Shown: positions 29,906 through 39,559 of the stretch, piece after piece | How the letters are laid out: the number at the start of each line of letters is the position of its first letter | How positions within the stretch are numbered: the stretch's first letter is position 1 | NCBI GenBank assembly: GCA_038231275.1 | Contig: JBBRLQ010000009.1 | Location: forward strand, 186,199-250,198 | Length of the DNA stretch: 64,000 nt | Direction: 5' to 3' | DNA from: Polyangiales bacterium | GTDB lineage: Bacteria > Myxococcota_A > Polyangia > Polyangiales > Polyangiaceae | Program-made: the position numbers and the translations under genes | The notes under the pieces: model-generated | What the model saw: the letters and a program-made list of their open reading frames with translations, nothing else | Databases searched by the model: none | What the model was told of the DNA's origin: nothing

Positions 29906-30835
29906 ATGCCGCCGGACGACAAGAAGCCGAAGCGGATGGGGCCGATTCGAACGGCGCCGCTCGAGGACTCCGAGGCGCTCCGTGCCGCGCTCCAACGCGA
30001 GCTGCAGAAGGCCGCGGCGCCGTCGCTCCTCGTGATCGCCGGTCCCGACGTCGGCCTCCGCGTGCGCCTCGACCGGACCCTCGAGATTGGTCGCGACCCC
30101 GCGAGCAACTTCGCCCTTCGCGACGAGAGCATCTCGTGGCAGCACCTGCGCGTCGAGGATCGCGGGAGCGGAGAGTGGGCGCTCGTCGATCTCGGGAGCA
30201 CCAACGGCACCATCCTCAACACCGAGAAGTGCGCGGGCGAGCGTCGGTTGTCGGCCGGCGATCGCATCCTCATCGGCAAGACGGTGCTCGAGTTCCAGCT
30301 CGCCGACAGCTTGCGCGAGGGATTCAACGCCGAGGTGCAGCGCCTCCTCAACGTCGACGAGCTGAGCGGCCTCTGGGTGAAGCGCCGCTTCGACGCGCAG
30401 CTCGAGACCGCCGCGAGCGCCGTCCGCGCCGGGAGCATGCCGGTGCTGAGCGTCGTCGTGATGGACATGGACGGCGTGAAGGGCATCAACGACACGCACG
30501 GCCATCACATGGGCGCGTTCGCGATCGGCGAGGCCGGCCACGTCATCGGGCGCGTCATCGGCGATCGCGGGTTCTCGACGCGCTTCGGGGGCGACGAGTT
30601 CGCGTCGGCGCTGCCGGGGTTCACGAAGGAGCAAGCCGTCGCCGTCGCGGAGGAGGTGCGCCACGCCGTCACGGCGCACGTGTACGAGAAGGGAGCCGTG
30701 CGTGTGCACCCGGGCCTCAGCGCCGGCGTGGCCACGCTGCCGGGCGACGCGACGGACGCCGAGGGGCTCTTCCGTGAGGCCGACCAGGCCATGTACCGGG
30801 CAAAGCGCGCGGGAAAGAACCGCGTCGCCACGTAA
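29906..30835 (+). CDS. FHA-GGDEF dinucleotide cyclase
   Basis: FHA (IGR, SISWQH, STNGT); DELSGL; DMDGVKGINDTHGH; RFGGDEF; ADQAMYRAKRAGKNR. Confidence 0.92.
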   Translation: MPPDDKKPKRMGPIRTAPLEDSEALRAALQRELQKAAAPSLLVIAGPDVGLRVRLDRTLEIGRDPASNFALRDESISWQHLRVEDRGSGEWALVDLGSTNGTILNTEKCAGERRLSAGDRILIGKTVLEFQLADSLREGFNAEVQRLLNVDELSGLWVKRRFDAQLETAASAVRAGSMPVLSVVVMDMDGVKGINDTHGHHMGAFAIGEAGHVIGRVIGDRGFSTRFGGDEFASALPGFTKEQAVAVAEEVRHAVTAHVYEKGAVRVHPGLSAGVATLPGDATDAEGLFREADQAMYRAKRAGKNRVAT

Positions 30836-30934
30836 GAAGTCGCGTAGATTGGGAGGGTCGAATACGATTTCGGCCAGCGCCCCGTCCGGGTTTGGCGAGG
30901 CGCGTGCGGCGGCACCCTGCGAGGGAAAGAGCGC

Positions 30935-33900
30935 ATGCTCAAGGTCGAATGCGAGTCCTGTAAGGCGCCTTACCAAGTCGACGAGCGGCGGGTTCCACCG
31001 ACCGGCCTCAAGATGCGGTGCCCCAAGTGCGGTCACACGTTCCTCGTGACGAACGCGGCGGCACCCGGAGGAGGCGGAGGCGCGGCGACGGTCGTGTCGG
31101 CGGCGCCGCCGATTCCGAAGAAGACGATGGTCGGCGTCGGCGCGGTGCAGGCCCCCTCGCCTGGGCGCCCCCCCGCGCCTCCCGCCCCGCCTCCGCCGAA
31201 GCCGGCCGCGAAGAGCGGGCCCGACAGCCTGCCCGCGGCGCTAGGCACGCTCGACGAGTCGGATCTTCCCGCGATACCGGACGTCGCTGGGCTTCCCGCG
31301 ATGGTCGCGCGAAAGCCGGCGGGCTTCGGCGCGCCCGCGATCCCGCGAGGCCACGCAGTGCCGGCGCCCGCTCCGTCGGTTCCGATGTCGCCGTCGGGTG
31401 GTCTCGACTTCGGCGAGATCGAGCTGCCGTCCGCGATCGCGCGTCAGCCCATCGCCGACCTTCCGTCTGCGCGCCGCGCGCCGCCCCCCGCGGCCGGCGC
31501 TCGCCCGCCGACGCACGATTTTTCGAGCGTCCCGATGCCGTCCGTCGATCTTCCGTCGGCCAAGCGCGGCGGCGTCCCCACGCGCGGCGGCTTCGGCTCG
31601 CTCGATGCAGAGCTCCCGTCCATCCAGAACAACCTGCCGCAGGCGCGCGGCGGCGGCTTCGGCGAGATCGATCTCCCGGCGGTCCACGGCGGCGACTTGC
31701 CCGCGCGGCAGAACGATCTGCCGATGACGGCGCAGAACAACCTGCCGATGATGGCGCAGAACAACCTGCCGATGACGGCGCAGAACAACCTGCCGATGGC
31801 GCAGAACAACCTGCCGATGGCGCAGAACAACCTGCCGATGGCGCAGGCGATGGGCCACAACCTCCCGATGCCCGCGGGAAACCAGAACCTGTTGCCGCAG
31901 ACGGCGCAGGGGCAGGGGCTCTTGCCGTCGTTCGGCGATTTTGGCGAGCTCGATCTCCCGCGCGCCCAGCCGATGGGGATGCAGCTCCCGTCCGCGCATC
32001 GCTCGCCGCAGTCTCAGCAGCCGTACCCGCCCAGCGGGCCGCCGGGTCCCGACGGATTCGGCGAGCTCGATCTTCCGCCGGCGAACCGCCAGCCGAGCGG
32101 CGCGCCGCCCGCGTTCAACGTGCCGACCGTACCGCCGCCGGGCGGTTCGGGAGCGCCGCCGGGGACGCCGATGGGCTCGCTCCCGCCGGCCGATCGGCGC
32201 GGTGGGGTCGGCTTCGGAGAGGTCGACCTCGGCGGCGAGGCCGCGGGGACCGAGATGCGTTTGTCGGGGCCCGCCCCCGCGATCAGCTCCGGGACGCTCG
32301 CCGGCGACGCGGCCGCACGCGCCGCGCACGAGGCCGTCGAGTCCGAGGCCGCCAAGCGTCGCGCGCGCACCGTCGTCGTCCAGAAGTCCTCGCGCGCACC
32401 GAAGATCGTCATCGGCGTGGTCGCGGTCATCGTCGTGGTCGGCATGCTCCTCCAGCTCGCGCCCGGCGTCGGCGCCTTCGGGCACGTGTGGATCAGCGAC
32501 AAGATGAACGCCAGCGAGTACCTCCGCGCCGCGCAGCAAGGGGCCGAAAAAGCCCGCAAGCGAATGGGGACGGACACCTACGCCGAGGCGCGCGGCGCCG
32601 CCGAGGAGCTCGCGCAGGCCCACGCTCATTCGCCGCGCGCGCGTCCGCTCGCCGCGTACGCCGCGCTCGCGCAGTACATGACCGAGATGCGCTTCGGGCG
32701 CGACTCGCAGGCGAACGCGCGCGTCTCGCAGTGGCTCGCCGAGGTCCCGCCAAACGCCGATCCGAAGTACACGCCCGTCGCGCAGGCGGCGCAGGCAGCG
32801 CTCGCCGGAGATCTGCCGAAGGCGCGGCGCATGCTGGACACCGCCGCCAAGCTCGCGGGCGCCGACCCGATCGCGCAGGACATCGCGTTCACGCGCGGTG
32901 AGGCGGAGCTGCTCGCGAAGGATGGCGCCGCCGCGGTCGCCGCGTTCAAGAAGGCCGTCGAGCTGACGCCTAGCGCGCGCGCCCACTTCGGTCTCGCGCG
33001 AGGGTACGACTTGCTCGGCGACGCGAAGAAGGCGGCCGAAGAGGTCGATCTCGCGCTGAAGGCGTCGCCCAACGACGCAGGCGCGCTGACCCTCCGCGCG
33101 CAGCTCGCGTGGCGCAAAGCGCACGACGAGGTGTCGGCCCAGAAGGACCTAACCATCGTGACGGACGGCGTGGCCAAGGCGACGGCGTCGGTCGGCGAGC
33201 AAGCGCGCGCGCACGCGGTGCGCGGAATGGTCTACCTCGCGAAGGACCGCACCGCCGAAGCGCGCGCGTCGTTCGACCAGTCGCTGAAGCTCGACCCCCG
33301 CAGCGTCCTCGCGCTCGTCGGGCAGGGCGAGGTGCTCTTCCAGGACAGCCGCCACGCCGAAGCGCTCACCCGCTTCGACACGGCGCTGCAGACCGATCCG
33401 CTCAACATCGACGCCATCGTCGGCGACGGGAAGACGCAGATCGCCCTCGAGAAGCTCACGGACGCCAAGACGCAGCTCTCGGCGGCGCGCGCCAAATTCC
33501 CCAAGGACATGCGCGTCGCGCTGTGGCTGGGCAAGGCCGAGGAGGCGCTCGGCAACAAGAAGCAGGCCGAGGATCAGTACCTCTCGGCGATCGATCTCGC
33601 CGACACGACGCAGCCCGAGGCGGTCTCGGCGTACGTGGCGCTCGCGACCCTCCTCGCGACGCAGGGGCGCGCGGCCGAGGCCGAGGCGAAGCTCGATCAG
33701 GCGAAGCAGAAGCTCCCCGACTCGGCGCAGCTCCAGCGCGCCTTCGGCGAGATCGCGGCCGCGCAGGGGCAGTACCAGCGCGCCGTGGCCTATTACGAGG
33801 CGACCCTCGAGCGCGATCCGAACGACGTCGGCACGCGCTTCCGTCTCGGCTCGACGTTGCGCCGCATGCGCAGCATGGACGCCGCCGCCGCCCAGCTCGA

Positions 33901-34849
33901 CAAGGTCGCGGAGGCCGACAAGGAGTACCCCGGGCTCTCGCTCGAGCGCGGTCTCCTCTACGAGGAGTCGGGCGAGGTCGAGAAGGCGCTCGAGATGTTC
34001 AAAAGCGCGCTCGCCAAGTTCCCGGCCGACATCGATCTGCAGCTTCGCGTCGGCGCGATGTACGCGATCGTCGGGCAGCCCGACAAGGCGATCGAGATGA
34101 TCCAGAAGGTCCTCGAGCTGCGCCAGAACAGCGCCGAGGCGCACCACTTCCTCGGCCGCGCGCTCCTCCAGAAGGGAGCGCTCCAGAACACGCGCGCGAT
34201 GCGCGAGCTCCGCAAGGCCGTCGATCAGGATCCCAACCGCCCCGAGTACCACCTCTACGTCGGCTGGGCGGCGAGCGACGCGACCCCGGCGGACCTGAAC
34301 CTCGCGCGTTCCGAGATCGAAAAGGCCCTCCAGCTCGATCGGCTCCTCGGCGACGGGTACTGGCAGCTCGGCGTCGTCGAGTACAAGCAGGGGGTGATCG
34401 ACGACGGCATCCGGCACCTGAAACGCGCGCTGGAGCTGAAGCCGACACGCTTCGAAGCGCACGCCGCGATGGCCGAGTGTCTCTCGCAAAAGAACGACGT
34501 CGTCGGCGCGCTCGCGGAGTGGAAGAAGGCGGTGGATGCCGACGACAGGCGCCCGTACTGGCGCTACCGCTACGGCAAGCTCCTCGCGGACAGGGGGGCG
34601 ACGGCGGAAGCGGCGAAGCATTTGTCGTTCGCGGCCCAGAACGCCGAAGGGGACACGCCGCGACCCGGGTGGTTGCCCGACGCCGAGTTCAATGCGGGCG
34701 AGGCGCTCCGAAAAACCGGCAAGAAAGCAGAAGCGATCGAGCGCTACCGGCAGTACCTCGGGATGGCTCCGCCAGGCGCCGCGGACAAGCGCGACGCGGC
34801 CAAGGCGCTCCAGGATCTCGGCGCGCCGTACGATCCGCACGCGCTCTGA
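30935..34849 (+). CDS. Zinc-ribbon (MJ0042-type) / low-complexity / TM / TPR protein
   Basis: CESC..CPKC at the N-terminus; Pro-rich linker; one TM (IVIGVVAVIVVVGMLL); long helical TPR-like array. Confidence 0.85.
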   Translation: MLKVECESCKAPYQVDERRVPPTGLKMRCPKCGHTFLVTNAAAPGGGGGAATVVSAAPPIPKKTMVGVGAVQAPSPGRPPAPPAPPPPKPAAKSGPDSLPAALGTLDESDLPAIPDVAGLPAMVARKPAGFGAPAIPRGHAVPAPAPSVPMSPSGGLDFGEIELPSAIARQPIADLPSARRAPPPAAGARPPTHDFSSVPMPSVDLPSAKRGGVPTRGGFGSLDAELPSIQNNLPQARGGGFGEIDLPAVHGGDLPARQNDLPMTAQNNLPMMAQNNLPMTAQNNLPMAQNNLPMAQNNLPMAQAMGHNLPMPAGNQNLLPQTAQGQGLLPSFGDFGELDLPRAQPMGMQLPSAHRSPQSQQPYPPSGPPGPDGFGELDLPPANRQPSGAPPAFNVPTVPPPGGSGAPPGTPMGSLPPADRRGGVGFGEVDLGGEAAGTEMRLSGPAPAISSGTLAGDAAARAAHEAVESEAAKRRARTVVVQKSSRAPKIVIGVVAVIVVVGMLLQLAPGVGAFGHVWISDKMNASEYLRAAQQGAEKARKRMGTDTYAEARGAAEELAQAHAHSPRARPLAAYAALAQYMTEMRFGRDSQANARVSQWLAEVPPNADPKYTPVAQAAQAALAGDLPKARRMLDTAAKLAGADPIAQDIAFTRGEAELLAKDGAAAVAAFKKAVELTPSARAHFGLARGYDLLGDAKKAAEEVDLALKASPNDAGALTLRAQLAWRKAHDEVSAQKDLTIVTDGVAKATASVGEQARAHAVRGMVYLAKDRTAEARASFDQSLKLDPRSVLALVGQGEVLFQDSRHAEALTRFDTALQTDPLNIDAIVGDGKTQIALEKLTDAKTQLSAARAKFPKDMRVALWLGKAEEALGNKKQAEDQYLSAIDLADTTQPEAVSAYVALATLLATQGRAAEAEAKLDQAKQKLPDSAQLQRAFGEIAAAQGQYQRAVAYYEATLERDPNDVGTRFRLGSTLRRMRSMDAAAAQLDKVAEADKEYPGLSLERGLLYEESGEVEKALEMFKSALAKFPADIDLQLRVGAMYAIVGQPDKAIEMIQKVLELRQNSAEAHHFLGRALLQKGALQNTRAMRELRKAVDQDPNRPEYHLYVGWAASDATPADLNLARSEIEKALQLDRLLGDGYWQLGVVEYKQGVIDDGIRHLKRALELKPTRFEAHAAMAECLSQKNDVVGALAEWKKAVDADDRRPYWRYRYGKLLADRGATAEAAKHLSFAAQNAEGDTPRPGWLPDAEFNAGEALRKTGKKAEAIERYRQYLGMAPPGAADKRDAAKALQDLGAPYDPHAL
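31709..31870 (+). repeat. Coding tandem repeat of 24/21 nt (QNNLPM(T/M)A)
   Basis: CAGAACAACCTGCCGATG core repeated about six times with near-identical DNA. Confidence 0.9.
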
Positions 34850-34877
34850 GTCGAACCGCGTCGGCGCGGGCAGCCCG

Positions 34878-36038
34878 TCAGCCGCAGCCGAACGCCATCG
34901 TCACCTTCGCCGACGCGTCGTCGAGCACCGCCTCGCACGCGCTCCCGCGGAGCACGATGCTGCGCGGCTTGTCGTTCGCGTCGTATTGCCATCCGTTCGA
35001 CGGATCTTGCGGGAGCACCGTCGTGACGCCGCCCGACGCGAGGGTGACCTTCGTCCGCGCGGGATCGAACGACGAAAAATCGCCGGTAAGTTCGAAGGCG
35101 CAAAGGTTCACTGTCCGCGCGCGCACGTCGTGGAGGGCCGCGAGCATGTCAGCGGCGAGCTGCTGCGGGGTCTTGTCCTTCGAAGGCGTGATCTGGATGT
35201 GGCAAAGGTCCTGGAGGATGTCCGCATGTGGAACGCACTGCGGGCTCGTGCGGGTGCCACCGGCCACTGCGACGTCGCCCATGAACGCCGGATCGTAGTC
35301 GGCCCACGACTGGGGCGGGAACGGGCCGATGCCGATCGCGAACGTCGACAGCGAGGGCGAGAGGGCGAGCTGATCGCCCACGAGCAACACCGTCTTCGCC
35401 TTCTCCACGTCGACCTCGCCGGCGGCCGATGCCGCGGTCGGTGCGCCGTCGCTGACAAGCACCAGCACGCGACGCCCCGGCGCACGCAGGCGTGGCTCGG
35501 GGACGTACGAGCGCAGCACCGCGTAACCGCCGGTGAGCGCGGGGAACGTCGGCGTCGGGCCGATGGGGTACATGTTCGCGATGCGCGCGTTCAGGGCGGC
35601 GAACTGCTTTGCGTCGACGAATGCCGGCGTCACGTCCACCGCCGTGGGGTAGGGCCCGTCACCGCCCGACGGATCCTTGGTCCCCGAGAAGACCAAGAGG
35701 CCGAGCGACACCGACGGATCGGCGTGCGCGAGGTACTCGTCGAAGAGGCCGCCGAGCGCGAGCTTCGCCGCTTCCCACTTGCCGTCGTCGAGCATGCTCC
35801 CCGAACCGTCGAGGACGAGCTCGATGTAGGCCGGCGCCGGCTCGCGGGACGGCACCTCGTGCACGCAGACGGATCGCGCGTCGCCGCCACCGTCGCCATC
35901 GTTCGCGCTCGTGTCGCCGAGCGCGTACAGCTGCGACCGCGCGCCGCACGCCGCGCCGACTGCGACGAACCCGAACGCGACGACGGCCGGCGCCGCGGCG
36001 AGCGCGCCCCGGCGAAGCGTCGACCAGGTGTGCCACAT
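34878..36038 (-). CDS. vWA-domain lipoprotein (start uncertain, alternative 36059)
   Basis: Lipobox GAAC; MIDAS LDGSGSM, TPT, VSDG; Cys-containing C-terminal GWQY..LRGSAC..FGC domain. Confidence 0.8.
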   Translation of the reverse strand: MWHTWSTLRRGALAAAPAVVAFGFVAVGAACGARSQLYALGDTSANDGDGGGDARSVCVHEVPSREPAPAYIELVLDGSGSMLDDGKWEAAKLALGGLFDEYLAHADPSVSLGLLVFSGTKDPSGGDGPYPTAVDVTPAFVDAKQFAALNARIANMYPIGPTPTFPALTGGYAVLRSYVPEPRLRAPGRRVLVLVSDGAPTAASAAGEVDVEKAKTVLLVGDQLALSPSLSTFAIGIGPFPPQSWADYDPAFMGDVAVAGGTRTSPQCVPHADILQDLCHIQITPSKDKTPQQLAADMLAALHDVRARTVNLCAFELTGDFSSFDPARTKVTLASGGVTTVLPQDPSNGWQYDANDKPRSIVLRGSACEAVLDDASAKVTMAFGCG

Positions 36039-36174
36039 CCTCCCCACAGACCCCATCATGACCGAGTGACCTTCCATGGCAAGACTTCACCGGTTCTCGT
36101 CGCGCCGGACCTTGTCGCCGCGCAAAAGGGCGAACTGTCCCAATCCCCTCGTCGGACGAAGGGGCCGAGAAATT

Positions 36175-37020
36175 TCAGCCTTCGAGCGCCTTCGCGATTC
36201 GCGCAAATGCCGTGACGTCGAGGGTCTCCCCGCGCGCGTTGAGCGACACGCCGCACGCCTCGGCCACACGCGCGAGCTCTGCCGCAGGGGCAAGGCCGCT
36301 CCAGGCATTTCGGAGCGTCTTGCGCCGCGCGCCGAACGCCGACTTGACGACGCGCCGGAACGTCTCGGTCTCGAGCGCGCGTGGCGGGCGGACGGGGGTG
36401 AGGCGCACTACGGCGCTCGTCACGTCGGGCGCGGGATGGAACGATCCGGGCGACACCTTCATCACGCGGGACACGTCGAACGACGCGCGCACGAAAACCG
36501 TGAGCGCGCCGTAGATCTTGTTGCCGGGGGACGCGAGCAGGCGTTCGGCGACCTCGTGCTGCACCATCACGACCACGCGCTCGAGGCGGTCTGCGGACAG
36601 GACCGCGCGTTCGAGCAAGGCACCGGTGATCTGGTAAGGGAGGTTTCCGCAGAGGACGCGCGGCGAGTTCTGGTCTTCTTCGCCGAGCATCTTCGCGTAG
36701 TCGACGGTCTGCGCGTCGTCCTCGACGATCGCGAGGCGACCCGCATCGACGTCGGAGGCGAACGCGCCGGCGAGGAGGGGGACCAGATCGCGATCGCGCT
36801 CGATGGCTGTGACGTGGCGCGCGCGCGCCACGAGAGCAGCGGTGAGGGCCCCCGTGCCGGCGCCGATCTCGACGACCCGCGCGCGCCCGACCTCGCCGTC
36901 CGGAACGCACGCGGCGGCGATGGCGCGGACGACGTGCTCCGAGACGAGGAAGTTCTGACCGAAGCTCTTCTTCGGCGCGAGGCCGGCCTCGCGCAGGACC
37001 GACCGCGGGTCCCTCGTCAT
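36175..37020 (-). CDS. rsmA: 16S rRNA m6,2A dimethyltransferase KsgA/RsmA
   Basis: KKSFGQNFL, EIGAGTG, GNLPYQIT, MVQHEVAER, SFHPAPDVTS, RRKTLRN. Confidence 0.96.
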   Translation of the reverse strand: MTRDPRSVLREAGLAPKKSFGQNFLVSEHVVRAIAAACVPDGEVGRARVVEIGAGTGALTAALVARARHVTAIERDRDLVPLLAGAFASDVDAGRLAIVEDDAQTVDYAKMLGEEDQNSPRVLCGNLPYQITGALLERAVLSADRLERVVVMVQHEVAERLLASPGNKIYGALTVFVRASFDVSRVMKVSPGSFHPAPDVTSAVVRLTPVRPPRALETETFRRVVKSAFGARRKTLRNAWSGLAPAAELARVAEACGVSLNARGETLDVTAFARIAKALEG

Positions 37021-38657
37021 AGGTCGCCTTCGCGCGGGCCCGGCGCGGGCGCGGGCTTCGCGGTGCGCCGCTCGATGTTCTGCGCGCGCACGCCCATCTG
37101 ACGGAGCGCCCGCTCGGCGCGCGCGCGTGACGCCCGCGAACGGACTCGCACGGCGTCCTCCACCGCCGCCGCGACGTTGGGAGGCGGCGCGATCGCGGCC
37201 TCTTCCGGCGTCAGCGCCTCGAGCCCCGCGTCAGGGGGACCGACGCTGACGTCGAAGCGTGGCACCGTCCACCGCACGACCGCCCGCTTCGCGCGCAGCT
37301 TCCGCACGGCGCGCGCGGTGGCCTCCTTCTTCACCGGCGCGGGCGCCCACACGTGCACGATGCTGGGCTTCTGCTTCTCGGTCGAGAGCTTGTCGAGCAC
37401 CGTCGCGATGGCGAGATCCGCCCTCTCGCGCTCGCCGTCGAGGCGCGGCGGGACCTCGATTCCGAACGACGCGAGGTAGTGGCGGAGGCGCTGCTCGCGC
37501 GCGGCCTTCGCGTACGGGAGGCGCGGCGCGAACGGGGCGCGCGCGCGGAGCTGCTCGCTGCGCGCGGCGAGCTGGTCGAGGTTGCCCTTCGGAATGTCGC
37601 CGAGACCGCGAGGATCGAGCGGCCGCGCGTGCTCGGCGACGCGCTGCGCGATCTCCCACTCGTCGAGCTCGCACCGGTCACTGTCCACCATGCTCGCCGC
37701 GCTCGCGAGGGCCGCGGCGATACGGACCGCGTGCGCCGCCCCGCTCGCGGGCGCGATCCACGTGCGCAGCCGCGACGCGGTCACGATGAGCCCCACGTGA
37801 TCGCCGCGCGAGAGGTGGCGCGACGCCAGCGACGCCACTTCGTCGACGCCGTCGTCGAGCGGCGCCTTACCGAGGGGCCCCGACCAGAGCTCCACCGACG
37901 CGTCCATCACGATCCACACGACGTCGCGCTCGTCGCGCTCCATCTCGCGGACGACGAGCTGCCCGCGCTTGGCGCTGGCCTTCCACGCGATCTTCTTGAA
38001 CGGATCGCCGGGCACGTGCTCGCGCAGCTCGCGGAACTCGTCGCCGTCGCCAGGCAAAGACGCCGGCCGACCCGCTTCCGCGGCGCGTCGCGAGCGCCCT
38101 CCGCGCGGCGTCGTGATGAGCGCGTGCAGCGCGCGCGGGAGCACCTCGACGCCGAACGGGTTGGCGAACATGAGCGGGACCTCGTAGAGGCCCTCGCCGC
38201 CCGCCGGCGTACCGCGCACCTCGAGCGCCATTCCGTGGACGCCCCAACGCCCGACGCGCTTGGCGTGGACACGCACGTCGACCCGAACGCGCGCGCCGGC
38301 TGGCAAGTCGAGCGTCGCCGGATGGACGGTGACGTCGAGCATGCTCGATGTGACCGCGCGCAGGCCGACCCCGCGCGCGTCGTCGACCCCGCGGTTTCGA
38401 AGCTCCGCCACGAGCACCACGTCGGCGCCGCGAGCGAGCCGGACCACGCGCCGCGTCGCGTTCCACACCATCTCGAAGCCGCTCGACCGAAGTCGCGTCA
38501 CCGTCGCGAGCGCGGCCGCCCGTCCGATCGCGACCGCCAGCACGATCGCGCCGCCCCACGCGACGACCGGCCCGACCCGCGCGGCGAGCCCCACGGCGAC
38601 CATCGCCGCGCCGGCGAGCGCGATGTGGAACGTGGCGCGCGTAGGGTGGAGCTGCAC
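37017..38657 (-). CDS. DUF58-family protein (MoxR-associated)
   Basis: GTG 38657; N-terminal TM; GDEFRELREHVPGDPFKKIAWKASAKRGQLVVRE motif; ATGA overlap with rsmA. Confidence 0.85.
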   Translation of the reverse strand: MQLHPTRATFHIALAGAAMVAVGLAARVGPVVAWGGAIVLAVAIGRAAALATVTRLRSSGFEMVWNATRRVVRLARGADVVLVAELRNRGVDDARGVGLRAVTSSMLDVTVHPATLDLPAGARVRVDVRVHAKRVGRWGVHGMALEVRGTPAGGEGLYEVPLMFANPFGVEVLPRALHALITTPRGGRSRRAAEAGRPASLPGDGDEFRELREHVPGDPFKKIAWKASAKRGQLVVREMERDERDVVWIVMDASVELWSGPLGKAPLDDGVDEVASLASRHLSRGDHVGLIVTASRLRTWIAPASGAAHAVRIAAALASAASMVDSDRCELDEWEIAQRVAEHARPLDPRGLGDIPKGNLDQLAARSEQLRARAPFAPRLPYAKAAREQRLRHYLASFGIEVPPRLDGERERADLAIATVLDKLSTEKQKPSIVHVWAPAPVKKEATARAVRKLRAKRAVVRWTVPRFDVSVGPPDAGLEALTPEEAAIAPPPNVAAAVEDAVRVRSRASRARAERALRQMGVRAQNIERRTAKPAPAPGPREGDL

Positions 38658-38803
38658 GAGCGCGAGGGTAGCAAACTCCGAGCGGCGCCGGAGTCGGAGT
38701 CGGAGTCGGCGTCGCGGTCGAGGTCGGCTCACGATCGCCACACCGAGGCGCTCACGCAGAGCACTGACCACCTTCTTTTTCCGGCGATCGTCGCAATGAC
38801 GCG

Positions 38804-38819
38804 CGGCACGCGCGTTGCG
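38804..38819 (+). promoter_or_regulatory. Sigma54 promoter of csbD
   Basis: CGGCACGCGCGTTGCG; GG and GC exactly 10 nt apart; about 45 nt upstream of the ATG. Confidence 0.7.
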
Positions 38820-38864
38820 TTGTTGGAGGGCGAATCGTTTCCAACCCCAACCGAGGACGAGATC

Positions 38865-39164
38865 ATGAGCAACGAGAGCAACAAGGCCGAGGGCGTCGCG
38901 GAGCAGATCGGCGGCAAGATCAAGGGCACGATCGGCAAGGTCATCGGCAACGAGCAGATGGAGGCCGAGGGGAAGGCCAAGGAGCTCAAGGGCAAGGCCC
39001 GCGAAGAGGCGGCCAAGGCCGGCGAGCGCACGAAGGGCAAGGTCGAGGAGGTCGTCGGCGCCGTGAAGAACCGCGTCGGTCACGTCCTCGACGACGAGGA
39101 GATGGCAGCCGACGGCAAGGCCAAGGAGCTGAAGGGCGAGAAGCGCCAGGACGCGAACCGCTGA
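38865..39164 (+). CDS. csbD: CsbD-family general stress protein (two repeats)
   Basis: GAGGA RBS; GKIKGTIGKVIGNEQMEAEGK and GAVKNRVGHVLDDEEMAADGK repeats. Confidence 0.88.
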   Translation: MSNESNKAEGVAEQIGGKIKGTIGKVIGNEQMEAEGKAKELKGKAREEAAKAGERTKGKVEEVVGAVKNRVGHVLDDEEMAADGKAKELKGEKRQDANR

Positions 39165-39176
39165 CGGCTGAAGGGC

Positions 39177-39527
39177 TCAGTACGCCGGGGCGCCGTTCGG
39201 TACGGTGCGGACGATCCGCATCGCGCCGTTCATGAACCGAAAGTACGGCGCCTCGTAGACTACCGACGTCGTGTGACCCGGATAAATCGGCACGAGGAGG
39301 CGCCCCGGGCACGCGTCGAAGAAGAGGTACGTGAACGTCACCCCCACGTCGTGCTGCCCCGAGGGGAGTTCGAACAGGTGCCGCCCCCACGGGCGCGCGT
39401 GGGGGTAACCGTCGATCGTCACGCGCGGCGTCGCGAGCGCGTTCAAGTACGCGAGCGCCGAGTGCGTGAGGTACAAATCGAGCACGCCCGGCGCCGCGGA
39501 CCATCCGGTATACGGATTCGCGTTCAC
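39177..39527 (-). CDS. Small hypothetical beta-rich protein
   Basis: GTG 39527 after an AAGG-type RBS; protein-like composition (PRVTIDG..PWG..LPSGQHDV). Confidence 0.6.
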   Translation of the reverse strand: MNANPYTGWSAAPGVLDLYLTHSALAYLNALATPRVTIDGYPHARPWGRHLFELPSGQHDVGVTFTYLFFDACPGRLLVPIYPGHTTSVVYEAPYFRFMNGAMRIVRTVPNGAPAY

Positions 39528-39559
39528 GCGTTCACGCCTTTCCGTGCCTCGTGAGAGGG

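Noticed and set aside
31709-31870. Near-identical direct repeats resembling a CRISPR array
   Set aside because: Units are contiguous, in frame (21/24 nt), lack unique spacers, and no cas genes are present.
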